From: an uncultured Methanoregulaceae archaeon
GTDB lineage: Archaea; Halobacteriota; Methanomicrobia; Methanomicrobiales; Methanospirillaceae
DNA: 64,000 nt
NCBI GenBank assembly: GCA_963701095.1
Contig: OY969564.1
Coordinates: 1,184,001-1,248,000, forward strand
Reading direction: 5' to 3'
Every line of letters starts with the position of its first letter. Within the stretch, counting starts at the first letter, position 1. Below, piece after piece: positions 54,372 through 64,000 of the stretch. The position numbers and the translations under genes were made by a program. The notes below the pieces were generated by a model. That model was not told the origin of the DNA and ran no database searches. It was given only the letters and a program-made list of their open reading frames with translations.

Positions 54372-54740
54372 ATGGCAAAAGGATACGTAAAAACCGAGGC
54401 TCCTGAAGAGCTCCAGAACAAGGCGCTTGAAGCCCTTGAAGTTGCAAGAGACACCGGGAAGATCAAGAAAGGTTCCAACGAGGCAACAAAAGCCATTGAA
54501 CGCAGCGCTGCACTGCTTGTTTTAATCGGCGCTGATGTCGAACCAGCAGAAATTGTTATGCATTTCACTCCCCTGTGCGATGAGAAAAAGATTCCTTATA
54601 TCTTCATAAACAAACAAAACGACATCGGTGCCGCCAGTGGCCTTGACGTAGGTTCTGCCGCTGCAGCGATCGTTAAGCCCGGCAAGGCAAAAGAAGTGAT
54701 TGAGGATCTCGCAAAACAGCTGGTTGCCTTAAAGGCATAA
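54372..54740 (+). CDS. rpl7ae: Ribosomal protein L7Ae (eL8)
   Basis: [24 protein letters not shown]. Confidence 0.97.
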   Translation: MAKGYVKTEAPEELQNKALEALEVARDTGKIKKGSNEATKAIERSAALLVLIGADVEPAEIVMHFTPLCDEKKIPYIFINKQNDIGAASGLDVGSAAAAIVKPGKAKEVIEDLAKQLVALKA

Positions 54741-54749
54741 GGTGAAATC

Positions 54750-54959
54750 ATGGCTGACGACGCAACGCCCGCAGAAGTCATCGAGGTAGTCGGTTCCACC
54801 GGAATGCATGGGGAAGCGATGCAGGTCAAGTGCCGGATCCTTGATGGCAATAATAAGGGGCGCATTATCACCCGCAACACGGTGGGCCCTATCCGGGAAG
54901 GAGATATCATTATGCTCCTTGAGACCGAACGCGAGGCAAAGAAACTATCGAGGCGGTGA
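54750..54959 (+). CDS. rps28e: Ribosomal protein eS28
   Basis: [25 protein letters not shown]. Confidence 0.97.
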   Translation: MADDATPAEVIEVVGSTGMHGEAMQVKCRILDGNNKGRIITRNTVGPIREGDIIMLLETEREAKKLSRR

Positions 54960-54964
54960 ACCGG

Positions 54965-55156
54965 ATGGTCGAACAACATATCTGCAGTTTCTGTGGAGTA
55001 CAGCTCGAACCGGGCACCGGCAAGATGTTCATTAAAAAAGACGGCACGATATTTTATTTCTGCAGCACAAAGTGCCAGAACAACCACAAACTGGGCAGGG
55101 TTCCCCGCCGGGTTGAGTGGACTTCTGCCGGGCAGAAAAGTACCAAGAAGGAGTGA
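54965..55156 (+). CDS. rpl24e: Ribosomal protein eL24
   Basis: [26 protein letters not shown]. Confidence 0.97.
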   Translation: MVEQHICSFCGVQLEPGTGKMFIKKDGTIFYFCSTKCQNNHKLGRVPRRVEWTSAGQKSTKKE

Positions 55157-55164
55157 TCCTTGTT

Positions 55165-55617
55165 ATGGATCGCACCTTCGTTATGGTCAAGCCTGATGGC
55201 GTCCAGCGTGGACTTGTCGGAGAAATTGTCTCAAGGCTCGAGAAAAAAGGACTTAAACTCGTGGCAGCCCGTTTCGAGGTACTGCCCGAGGCAAGAGTTA
55301 CCGAACAATACCGAGAGCATCTTTCCAAAGCATTCTTCCCATCCCTTAAAACATATATCATGGGAGGTCCTTGTTTCCTGATGATCTGGGAGGGAAGGAA
55401 CGTTGTCGCAATTGTCCGTAAGATAATCGGCGCGACAAATCCGCAGGAAGCGGCTCCAGGCACCATCCGGGGCGATTTTGGTATTGACATTGGCAGGAAT
55501 GTAATTCATGCTTCCGATTCACCCGAGAGTGCCGCACGGGAGATTGAAATCCACTTTAAACATTCAGAACAATTCGGATACACCCGGATCGATGAATCCG
55601 TGTTATACGAATACTGA
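55165..55617 (+). CDS. ndk: Nucleoside diphosphate kinase
   Basis: [25 protein letters not shown]. Confidence 0.97.
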   Translation: MDRTFVMVKPDGVQRGLVGEIVSRLEKKGLKLVAARFEVLPEARVTEQYREHLSKAFFPSLKTYIMGGPCFLMIWEGRNVVAIVRKIIGATNPQEAAPGTIRGDFGIDIGRNVIHASDSPESAAREIEIHFKHSEQFGYTRIDESVLYEY

Positions 55618-55663
55618 ACTTTTTTCCGTAACCTCTATTATCCATGAGAACGGTCTTATCTTC

Positions 55664-56314
55664 ATGGCCGGCGACCTTTTAAGTTTCTCCCTGCTGTGTC
55701 TTTCTTCCATTATCATTATCGTAAATCCCCTGGGAGCAACGCTGACCTATATATCCCTGACAGAGAACCTTGAAAAGCCTCTCAAAGAACAGATTATAAG
55801 AGACGCATGTACTATCGCACTTATAATCCTTGTCGTTGTTGGTATCGCCGGGACCATAATCCTTCAGGTTCTTGGGATCTCTCTTGAGGCGTTTCGGATC
55901 GCTGGAGGAATCTTGCTTTTTGGCATCGGTATGGAAATGGTATATGCAAAGACTTCGCGCACCAAACTTACAGCAACCGAAAAATATGAATCCCGGGATA
56001 ATGAAGATGTCGCGGCGATGCCACTTGCCATCCCAATGATAGCCGGTCCTGGAGCAATCACTACCACAATCGTACTCACCAACGAAGCTACAGGCATGTC
56101 CATGGTTGCATGGCTTGTGATCTTTGCATCGATTGGCATTGCAATCGCAATCACCTATTTTATGATGAAATACGCAGACTATATCATAAGGAAGATTGGC
56201 CAGCGGCAGTATCGTGTCATCAACCGGCTGATGGGGATTCTGCTTATTGCTATATCAGTCCAGTTTGTAATTACCGGACTAATGGTCGCGTTTCCGGTAT
56301 TAGGGGGATCATAA
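55664..56314 (+). CDS. MarC family membrane protein
   Basis: VNPLG, AFRIAGG, PLAIPMIAGPGAI. Confidence 0.92.
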   Translation: MAGDLLSFSLLCLSSIIIIVNPLGATLTYISLTENLEKPLKEQIIRDACTIALIILVVVGIAGTIILQVLGISLEAFRIAGGILLFGIGMEMVYAKTSRTKLTATEKYESRDNEDVAAMPLAIPMIAGPGAITTTIVLTNEATGMSMVAWLVIFASIGIAIAITYFMMKYADYIIRKIGQRQYRVINRLMGILLIAISVQFVITGLMVAFPVLGGS

Positions 56315-56520
56315 TGTCTGAATGGGATATAACAACAGTAGGTCTGATACTAGTCGGTTGCAGTATTATCGCGGCAGGTCTTATCCTGGCTGCAATCCTT
56401 CTTGGATTCCTCCATTCAATGGCTCGGTTCCTTTTACTTACCACAATTATTCTTGTGGTAATGGGAGCGGTAGTTATCCTGTACGTTGACCGGAAAAACG
56501 GGCAGAATACCAAATCTTGA
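56314..56520 (+). CDS. Small two-TM hypothetical protein
   Basis: TAATG coupling to marC; two hydrophobic helices. Confidence 0.6.
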   Translation: MSEWDITTVGLILVGCSIIAAGLILAAILLGFLHSMARFLLLTTIILVVMGAVVILYVDRKNGQNTKS

Positions 56521-56539
56521 TTTTTCAGGAGATGGAGCG

Positions 56540-57338
56540 ATGCTATGCTGCAGCGCCCAGATATGTGGTGTTTGGGAATCACCCAAAAAAACGCTTGAAG
56601 CGGCAGAGGATATTTTTGATAATGCTTCCAAATGCGGTGCTGCCCTTATCTCGTTTCCCGAGCAGTTTGCTACCTGCTGGGACCCGGTTTCGACAAAAAA
56701 TATCGAAGATATCACGGGTCCAACGGTAACCGGGCTTTGCAGAATGGCAAAAAAGTTACTCTGTCGGCGTCGTCGGATCGTTCCGCGAAACCTGCATTCC
56801 CAAACCAAAGAATACTGCGATTGCAATAGATCGTAACGGTGAGATTCTCGCGAAATACTCAAAAATCCACCTCTTCACGCCCGGACACGAAGATTATGCT
56901 TTTACACCGGGCACCGGGCTTGCACCTTTCACCTTTGAAGGTGTCCGTTTTGGCCTTGCAATCTGTTACGATCTTCGTTTCCCGGAGATTTTCCGGTTAT
57001 ACCGGCGGGAAGGCGTCGATGCCATTATTGTTCCTGCAGCATGGCCAGAAAGCCGGCTGCACCATTGGGAACTCTTTATCCGCGCCCGGGCGGCGGAAAA
57101 TCAGATGTATATTGTGGGCGTAGATGCAACGGGGAATACTCCCGTAGATAGTTATGCAGGTATGTCAATAACAGCTGATCCCTATGGGACGATCATTGCA
57201 AGAGCTGGTAAAGAAAACGAACTTTTGTACTATGAAATCGATCCCTGTATCGTTGAAAATGCCCGCAGGGACTTTCCTGTGCATAACGACAACAAAGAAG
57301 CATTGTATGCCTCCCTTCATCGAAAGGATACTAGATAG
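56540..57338 (+). CDS. Carbon-nitrogen hydrolase (nitrilase family; frameshift near 56752)
   Basis: FPE, YSKIHLF and ICYDLRFPE triad motifs across two frames. Confidence 0.88.
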
Positions 57339-57390
57339 TTTACTTCCTTTAACGCTTGTCTATATGTAGCCGGAAAACCAATAGATAGCC

Positions 57391-58597
57391 ATGTACCATC
57401 TCGTATGCGTTAACTGCGGCACGACGTATCCCGCTGACGAGATCCTCTATAACTGTAAAAAATGCGGCCATCTTCTTGCGGTGGAATATCCTCTCGATAC
57501 AATCACCGTACTTCGTTCAACCTGGAATTCACGACCTCTCTCGGTTTGGCGATATAAGGAACTATTGCCGGTAACCATCGAGCCTGTCTCTCTTTTTGAA
57601 GGAGGCACGCCACTATACCATTTAAAACGCCTCGGGGACGAGATGGGCCTAAAACACCTCTATGCCAAGCACGAAGGCATGAATCCATCGGGCTCTTTTA
57701 AAGACCGGGGGATGACGGTGGGAGTTTCGATGGCACTCCAGCTCAATAAAAAAAGTGTTGCTTGTGCAAGCACGGGAAATACCTCGGCGAGCCTGGCAGT
57801 ATATGCAGCAAAAGCGGGCATTCCTGCAATTGTACTGCTTCCGGCCGGGTATGTCAGCTGTAGGCAAGGTGGCCCAGGCATTAATGCATGGCGCTAAGGT
57901 TATTTCTATCCGGGGAAACTTCGATCGCGCACTCGAAATGGTTCATGACCTTTGCCTTACGCATGGTTTATACCTCCTGAACTCAATCAACCCTTATCGC
58001 CTGGAAGGCCAGAAAACAATAGGATTTGAGGCGATCGATCAGCTGGGAAGCGTTCCCGATCGGTTTGTCCTGCCGGTAGGAAATGCTGGAAACATCTCTG
58101 CAGTATATAAAGGGCTGCTGGAACTCGAAGCACTCGACTTTATCGACCGGCTTCCAAAAATGACCGGCATCCAGGCCGCAGGAGCAAGCCCCATAGTAAG
58201 GGCGGTAAAAGAGAACCTGACTTCCGTAATAACCGAAACGCATCCAGAAACCATTGCCTCTGCAATCCGGATTGGTGCCCCGGTCAATGCCGAAAAGGCT
58301 CTGGTGGCGATTCGTAAAACCGGCGGAACGGCAGAATCGGTAACTGATGAAGAGATTCTTGCTATGCAACGTGATCTTGCACGAAAAGAGGGAATTGGCG
58401 TGGAGCCGGCATCTGCGGCGTCTGTAGCCGGTATTCGCAAGCTCTGCGAGGCGGGCGCAATAGACCGTGATGAGAGAATTGTGTGTGTAGTTACCGGTCA
58501 TCTTTTAAAAGACCCGGATACGGTGATCAAGCAATGCGAACCACCTCTGGAGATCGACGCAGACCTGCCATCGCTACTCTCTGCGCTGCGCTTATAA
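57391..58597 (+). CDS. thrC: Threonine synthase (frameshift near 57856)
   Basis: NPSGSFKDRG, ASTGNTS, PVGNAGNI, EPASA, TGHLLKD. Confidence 0.93.
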
Positions 58598-59166
58598 TTT
58601 TTGTCATAGCACCCGCCGGGGCACTTAACGCCACCTACGAAGTGCTTCCCAACGCTACTTCGTATGCCGCTCATGTGGAAATTAACGATACCTCAACGTA
58701 CCAGTTTGCAAACGCGGATTTACTCGGGGAAAATATCCCAATCAATGTCACGAATGTCTCCCTGGTTGCAGATAATGGCACTCTTGTGGATTTTAACGGC
58801 AGTACCGATTGGTACTCTCCGTCGGTTATCACATTCCCAAAAGGCAACTATACTATTTCCTACGTGACTTCCCTTCAGGATAACCAGATGCAGGGATCAT
58901 TTCTCTTACCTTATAACGTAAGCGTGTACCTTCCCGGGCAGTATGATGTACGTAATCCGTTCCTGGCAACTTTGAGTCCCGGGGCAAATGTGACTCGGTT
59001 TCCGGATAATACTACAGCAATAACGTGGAATGATACAACGTCTTTCAACCTCCGGTTCTATGATCAGGCCCGGGAAAACCTACTCTACGTGTTCGGGGAA
59101 TTCATGATAATTCTGGCAATTATCCTGCTCACACCGTTTTTATTGATGAGAAAACCGCCTGAATAA
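58534..59166 (+). CDS. DUF5803-like secreted/membrane-anchored protein
   Basis: Signal-like N-terminus, many NxT/S sequons, DVRNPFL..LSPGA, RFYD, C-terminal TM. Confidence 0.7.
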   Translation: MRTTSGDRRRPAIATLCAALIIFVIAPAGALNATYEVLPNATSYAAHVEINDTSTYQFANADLLGENIPINVTNVSLVADNGTLVDFNGSTDWYSPSVITFPKGNYTISYVTSLQDNQMQGSFLLPYNVSVYLPGQYDVRNPFLATLSPGANVTRFPDNTTAITWNDTTSFNLRFYDQARENLLYVFGEFMIILAIILLTPFLLMRKPPE

Positions 59167-59259
59167 ATTCAATCATTCCAGCTATTTTTAGAATTAAACT
59201 GACCTGAATCCGATTCAAAACGGCAAGACTTTTACCGATATCTACCCAGCTCAGGAATA

Positions 59260-59535
59260 ATGATACGGGTCACTGCTACAGCAAACGGGAGGGTCCAAGG
59301 CGTAGGGTACCGGCAATATGTGTCAGAATGCGCTCACCAGCTTGGTCTGCACGGATCTGTGCAGAACATGCATGATGGTTCCGTATACATAATTGCAGAA
59401 GGGCCCCCTGCAGCCCTTGATGACTTTATTCGTCTTGTGCGAGCCCGTAATGATCCGGTAATCCGAGTCGAAGATCTGCAGGTAACAGAATGCCAGGCTA
59501 CCGGAGAATTCAAAGGTTTCTGGGTTAAGTGGTGA
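59260..59535 (+). CDS. acyP: Acylphosphatase (second copy)
   Basis: GRVQGVGYR, GSVQNMHDGSV. Confidence 0.92.
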   Translation: MIRVTATANGRVQGVGYRQYVSECAHQLGLHGSVQNMHDGSVYIIAEGPPAALDDFIRLVRARNDPVIRVEDLQVTECQATGEFKGFWVKW

Positions 59536-59606
59536 AAACCGATTAAACCACAATCTGCCGTAAAAATAATCTGTCTTTTTTAGAGCGGGATAAAAAAAGG
59601 TAAAAA

Positions 59607-60551
59607 TTACTGGAGCCCGAATGACTTCAGGGTCACATCGGTGTTAACCGCACCAACGTGATAAACGCTGCCGTCCGAAAGCTCGTTGATAATAACTTCT
59701 GCCGGAGAGAAAAGGGATGTATCGATCTTGTAAAAATCATATCCCGCTTCTTTGAAGATATCATTGAACGGTTTACCATAGCCCTTGGACTTACTGCTGG
59801 GGATTTTTTCGAGATAATCCTTAATTTCCGGCGCATTCATCGTCAGCTGGATCTGACCGTGATATATGGTCGCATCGTTTGTAACCCCCATCGCCCGCTT
59901 CGCTCCCCGCACTGGGGGGATTGGGGCCGTTCCGATCGCAGATGAAATTTTCCTTGTGTCAAAACCAAGCTCATTTAACTTGTAGATCGCGGTCTCCACG
60001 CACCGCCCGGAAACCTGGATAGACCCGACAATAGAAGAGGTAGGCGCAACCACAGCGCATGCATTTGCCACATCAACATGGCATTCCTCGGCAATCTTCT
60101 CCATGACCTCGCCGTTTGGCAGGTGATCGGATTCCAGGCAGATCACTGCACAATCGTAATCATCTTCGTAATCGATCACTTCAAACGTATGCTTGGGTTT
60201 AAGAGAAAGCGCCCGAGCAGGACCGCTTCCCATGGCAAAGTAGTTACCAACCTTCACAGTCCAGCCAGCCTTTTGCGCGCCGAGACAGGCAATCGAGGGA
60301 AAATCTGTATTCACGTCGATGAATGGCTGGGGGAATTCTTTTATCTGCCCCATCCTGAAGTTGACCTCCCCCAGACCGCCCATGCAGATCTCGGTAAATG
60401 CCCGCCCTGCTGCATACCCGCCCCGTGTACTTACTCCACAATCTACAATGCGTGCGCCATTGTCCAGTTCATGGTATGCTGCATTGAATTCCTCGGCCAG
60501 ATCGGCGAGGTTGTCGAATATTTCAAGTGCCAGTTCGTTAACACTTAACAT
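59607..60551 (-). CDS. mch: Methenyltetrahydromethanopterin cyclohydrolase
   Basis: SVNE, CLGAQKAGW, MGSGPARAL, GSIQVSGRCVET, FYKID. Confidence 0.96.
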   Translation of the reverse strand: MLSVNELALEIFDNLADLAEEFNAAYHELDNGARIVDCGVSTRGGYAAGRAFTEICMGGLGEVNFRMGQIKEFPQPFIDVNTDFPSIACLGAQKAGWTVKVGNYFAMGSGPARALSLKPKHTFEVIDYEDDYDCAVICLESDHLPNGEVMEKIAEECHVDVANACAVVAPTSSIVGSIQVSGRCVETAIYKLNELGFDTRKISSAIGTAPIPPVRGAKRAMGVTNDATIYHGQIQLTMNAPEIKDYLEKIPSSKSKGYGKPFNDIFKEAGYDFYKIDTSLFSPAEVIINELSDGSVYHVGAVNTDVTLKSFGLQ

Positions 60552-60620
60552 AGAAAAACCCCTGTCTCATAAGATGAGGGTTCTCAAATAGATAAGATTT
60601 TTGAAAATATTCCGACGACT

Positions 60621-61745
60621 TTATAAAAGGTAGGCAAGGACCTTGGCCGGCTCATACCGGAGCGTAATGACCCGGGTCCTTCCCTTTCCGCTACGGTACT
60701 GGAGATTGACAAGCCTCATTGCATCCATCTTCTTGATAATCTCGTAGAATCGAGTATACCCTATAGGCACCTGCTCTTTTATGGATTTGTAGACGTCCCC
60801 GGCATTCATTTCGGAACCTGACACACTTTTTGTCGCAAGTTCCCTGAGAATCCTGCGCTCTTCATCCTTAAGTGTCCTCAACGTATATTCGAGATGGAGA
60901 TACTTAGACACGGCATATGCGCCACAGATATCCCCGCGTTCAATACTGCGGCGTGCATCCCTCTCTGCGTTGAGCGCTGCTCTTTTCAGGAGATCGATGC
61001 CGACCCGCAAATCGCCGCTCTTTTGGGTCTGCTCCACGACAAGGTCGAGCATCTCTTCGCTTAACACACCGGTAAAAAAACCCTGCATTGCCCGGGCTCT
61101 CATGATATCTTCAACTTCGGCATTTCCGTAAGGTGGGAAATAGATCTCAGTAGGCCGGAAAACCGAAGCGACCCTGGCATCCACTGCCCGGGAAAGATCA
61201 ACATCCGGGTCACTGATAATTACAATCACACCGATCCGGACGCCCTCGTATGATTCATGGGCCCGCAGTAGCGTATAAAGAACTTTGTTGAGTTCATTTT
61301 CGTAGAGAAGGTAATTGGCGTCGTCAAGTGCCACTAGCAACACATATTCCTCTTTCTGGAGGATTCGGGCAACAGCATCAAAGACCTGTTTGAAAGAGGT
61401 TCCCGAAGACGGAGGGAGATGACCGGATAGTTTCCTGTATATCTGGGAAAGAATTGCAAACTTCGTGTTATCAATTTGGCAGTTGACCAGAACCGGCACC
61501 AGTTTCTTTGTTGTCTCTTCGATCTCCTGGAAAAGTTTCCTGATACTCGTGGTCTTACCAGAACCGGGTAAACCTTTGCAGATCGTATTGAGGGGGCGTG
61601 CACCCCGGAGGCCGGGCCGGATCTGGAACGCTAGTTCGCGCATCTGCGTGTCACGGAACTCGAACTGTTCGGGAACATAATCAATCTCGAAAACATCAGG
61701 GTCCCGGAACAATGACTCGTCCCACATCAGCAGGTTCTTTTTCAT
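60621..61745 (-). CDS. cdc6: Orc1/Cdc6 replication initiator
   Basis: DYVP, GLPGSGKT, VALDD, FPPY, GDLRVGIDLL and a C-terminal winged helix. Confidence 0.95.
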   Translation of the reverse strand: MKKNLLMWDESLFRDPDVFEIDYVPEQFEFRDTQMRELAFQIRPGLRGARPLNTICKGLPGSGKTTSIRKLFQEIEETTKKLVPVLVNCQIDNTKFAILSQIYRKLSGHLPPSSGTSFKQVFDAVARILQKEEYVLLVALDDANYLLYENELNKVLYTLLRAHESYEGVRIGVIVIISDPDVDLSRAVDARVASVFRPTEIYFPPYGNAEVEDIMRARAMQGFFTGVLSEEMLDLVVEQTQKSGDLRVGIDLLKRAALNAERDARRSIERGDICGAYAVSKYLHLEYTLRTLKDEERRILRELATKSVSGSEMNAGDVYKSIKEQVPIGYTRFYEIIKKMDAMRLVNLQYRSGKGRTRVITLRYEPAKVLAYLL

Positions 61746-61795
61746 CGTTAGTACACCATCTACGTTGTCAATGATAACAGCTCTGGTTTCTGATG

Positions 61796-61862
61796 CGAAA
61801 TCGCAACCGCATCTAAAAGCCAATCGAAGAGTATTCTATATAAATAAAAACGAAATCGCAAC
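61796..61862. promoter_or_regulatory. Two 12-bp direct repeats flanking the likely cdc6 TATA box
   Basis: CGAAATCGCAAC at 61796-61807 and 61851-61862, with TTTATATA on the minus strand between them. Confidence 0.55.
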
Positions 61863-61998
61863 ACGAGACCGGCCAGATTGGAGACCTATATTGCATGAAA
61901 ATCATACAGGGAGTTGGTATCGAACAGAAGAGAAGGGAAAACCAGGAGAGCCTTGTGACACTCCCCCATTATAAGTTTTGGATAAATGCTGTTTCTGA

Positions 61999-62195
61999 CT
62001 ATTGGCGAGTATACGGCGTCAGAACGGTCAGGCGTGTCTTGCAGTGCCGGCAGGAAACCACCGGGTATTCCGGAAATGATCTTGCGGCATTTTGTTAACA
62101 ATTATGCTTTCAGCTGCGCAGGAAGGACAGGTGAACCGGATTACGTAACCGGCCCTTGTGCCCTTAATCTCGGGATAGGATTTTTGTGCGGACAT
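61999..62195 (-). CDS. Small zinc-finger protein (frameshift near 62061)
   Basis: MSAQK...FTCPSC...; adding one G gives VVSCRHCKTRLTVLTPYTRQ-stop. Confidence 0.65.
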
Positions 62196-62522
62196 TATCA
62201 GGATAATTCTTGTTGTTCGTTTAACCGGCATCTCCTTTCTCGAGGAAGTCCGGACTGTGATCCAAAAAAAGTCTTGCGTGTTGCCGGGCCAAGGACATAA
62301 ATTCACGGCCGCATTTAAAGAGCAAAACCTTTGATGATTACAGTACCTTTAGCGGCAGAGCACATAGCATTATGGTAATAAACCATATCCGAATCCTGTT
62401 TTCGTACACGCTACGATTGAGAAAAACCTCGTTTTCGTCTTGGATCTATCCAGATTTTCTTCCGGGATACATATCTTCAACATGTCACACACCCTTGAAT
62501 CCTACAACACGTTGTTGATTGA

Positions 62523-62861
62523 ATGGCCGATTTTCGTAAAAAAAATGCTCAAGAAGTGAACCTGAACGCGACTAATCCTGACGGCACCCCTGTTGTCCGC
62601 GTCCGGTTACCCAAAAAATGGAATAATGAACAGTTTGCCATTGCCCAGACCATGCATGGGGCAAACCATATTTCTGTCCGAAGCCTTGACGGTGTAACGC
62701 TCATGGGCAGGATTAAAGGAAAGATAAAAAAACGAGTCTGGATCCGGGAAGGCGACACCATCATTATTGTTCCCTGGAGTTTCCAGGAGGGAAAATGCGA
62801 TATCATCTACCGGTATCTCAAACCCCAGACGGACTGGCTGAGGAAAAACCGGTATATCTGA
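62523..62861 (+). CDS. eif1a: Translation initiation factor aIF-1A
   Basis: RVRLP, GRIKGKIKKRVWIREGD, DIIYRY. Confidence 0.95.
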   Translation: MADFRKKNAQEVNLNATNPDGTPVVRVRLPKKWNNEQFAIAQTMHGANHISVRSLDGVTLMGRIKGKIKKRVWIREGDTIIIVPWSFQEGKCDIIYRYLKPQTDWLRKNRYI

Positions 62862-62974
62862 TTATGAAACGGTCAGGATACCGATTATCTCGAATCTTTT
62901 TCCCAAAAACATCTGATATTTTTACTAACTTCATTTTTTAAATAAACCACTCGTGGTTCTTAAAGGAAAGAGGG

Positions 62975-63253
62975 TTAACTGGTTGTATTAGGCTGGAGGA
63001 GGAGACGGCCACGGGAGGTAAGCCGGAGAAGAATCTCGCTGCTGGATTTTCCGCCATCCAGATAACGTTTGGAAAGAAGGATACGGACACCAGACCGGAC
63101 ACTGCTTTCGCTCCGGGCGGGATGCAAAACGTTCACGACATGATTTATATGACAGCCTTGTTTATTGGCTACGGCCTGGAGTATGTCAATCTGGACATCA
63201 GTAGGTACAAAGATCTCGGGAGTTTCAAAGGAGATTTTTTCCATAGTTTCCAT
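62975..63253 (-). CDS. Small winged-helix-like hypothetical protein
   Basis: TDVQIDILQAV...SESSVRSGVRILLSKRYL...LRLTSRG. Confidence 0.7.
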   Translation of the reverse strand: METMEKISFETPEIFVPTDVQIDILQAVANKQGCHINHVVNVLHPARSESSVRSGVRILLSKRYLDGGKSSSEILLRLTSRGRLLLQPNTTS

Positions 63254-63447
63254 AGTAGGTCCTGGTGATTTTTTTTAAAACGCGAGATGGGTGATGATTT
63301 TTGATCCGCCCGGCGAATCACCATATTATTATTGGACTTATGAGATGATGTAACCATGCATGGCATGACCGGTATATACACAATAATCAGGGAACTGAAA
63401 GAGCATATCCGGGCACGATTATCTGGGTGCGTAGCATAACGTAATTA

Positions 63448-64000
63448 ATGACACAAGGCCGTACTCCTCATGCATTCGCGTCCCTATGCGATGCCGCACG
63501 CTCGCTTGGTGCAACCAACGTAAAAGTTATCTCCGTATCGGACATTGTCGTCGAGAACCGCGTGACGCTCAAGTGCAGGGCAGGTTGTATAGGATACGGG
63601 AAGAAACTGACCTGCCCACCCTTTGTCCCGACACCGGATGAGTTCCGGAAGATTCTTACTGAATACAAGTATGCTCTGCTGGTAAAGTTCATCTCCCCGG
63701 CCAATGCCGAAGCTGATGTAATCTGCTCCATCTACAGGTACTGGCTTGACCCGGATGCACCTCCCGATAAAAAGGGAGCGGCTACCCGATTCTGGAAAGA
63801 CCATTTCAACGGCACTGGTGCGTTTGCCCCTATGATGCTCGAACTTGAACGGACTGCATTCAACGCGGGGAACCCCTTTGCCCTTGCTTTTGTCAACGGC
63901 TCTTGCCGGCTCTGTGAAATTTGCAACGTGAAGGGAGGTATCTGTATCCATCCAGCGCAGGCTCGGATACCTGAGCACGCCGTTGGTGTCAACATGGTAA
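63448..64000 (+). CDS. DUF2284 metal-binding protein (runs off the window; not in ORF track)
   Basis: RVTLKCRAGCIGYGKKLTCPP, GSCRLCEIC...CIHP..ARIPEHAVGVN. Confidence 0.85.
   Translation, partial: MTQGRTPHAFASLCDAARSLGATNVKVISVSDIVVENRVTLKCRAGCIGYGKKLTCPPFVPTPDEFRKILTEYKYALLVKFISPANAEADVICSIYRYWLDPDAPPDKKGAATRFWKDHFNGTGAFAPMMLELERTAFNAGNPFALAFVNGSCRLCEICNVKGGICIHPAQARIPEHAVGVNMV

Noticed and set aside
1646..58597. Programmed frameshifting or mass pseudogenisation
   Set aside because: Breaks are isolated single-base events in essential genes with no other decay and no shared slippery motif; sequencing error is more parsimonious

Overview
A 64-kb chromosomal segment from a hydrogenotrophic methanogenic archaeon, most like Methanomicrobiales (Methanoregula-like), judged from mch, gatDE, archaeal ribosomal proteins, cdc6/orc1, cetZ and a solo cas1. 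Most of it is housekeeping: pit, nth, pyrH, argH-gatD-gatE, a NitT/TauT ABC transporter, rpl10e, fum-korDABC-sucCD, tandem paaK genes, cobT/Z/S, tuf-rps10, a surface glycosylation cluster around cetZ, rpl7ae-rps28e-rpl24e-ndk, thrC, mch, cdc6 and aIF-1A, plus tRNA-Pro(TGG) and tRNA-Gln(TTG). The most unusual part is the visibly AT-rich block at about 21.7-33.7 kb. It holds xerA inside roughly 3 kb of non-coding DNA carrying dif-like sites, three copies of a 23-bp motif and a 142-bp tandem repeat. It also holds an excisionase-like HTH gene, a DUF5806-like gene, a ~1190-aa helical orphan and a catalytically degenerate solo cas1. About 18 single-base ORF disruptions, many in essential genes, look like sequencing errors and cluster at AGCT, GTAC and CCGG. 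All calls are by eye and from recalled family motifs; no database searches were run.
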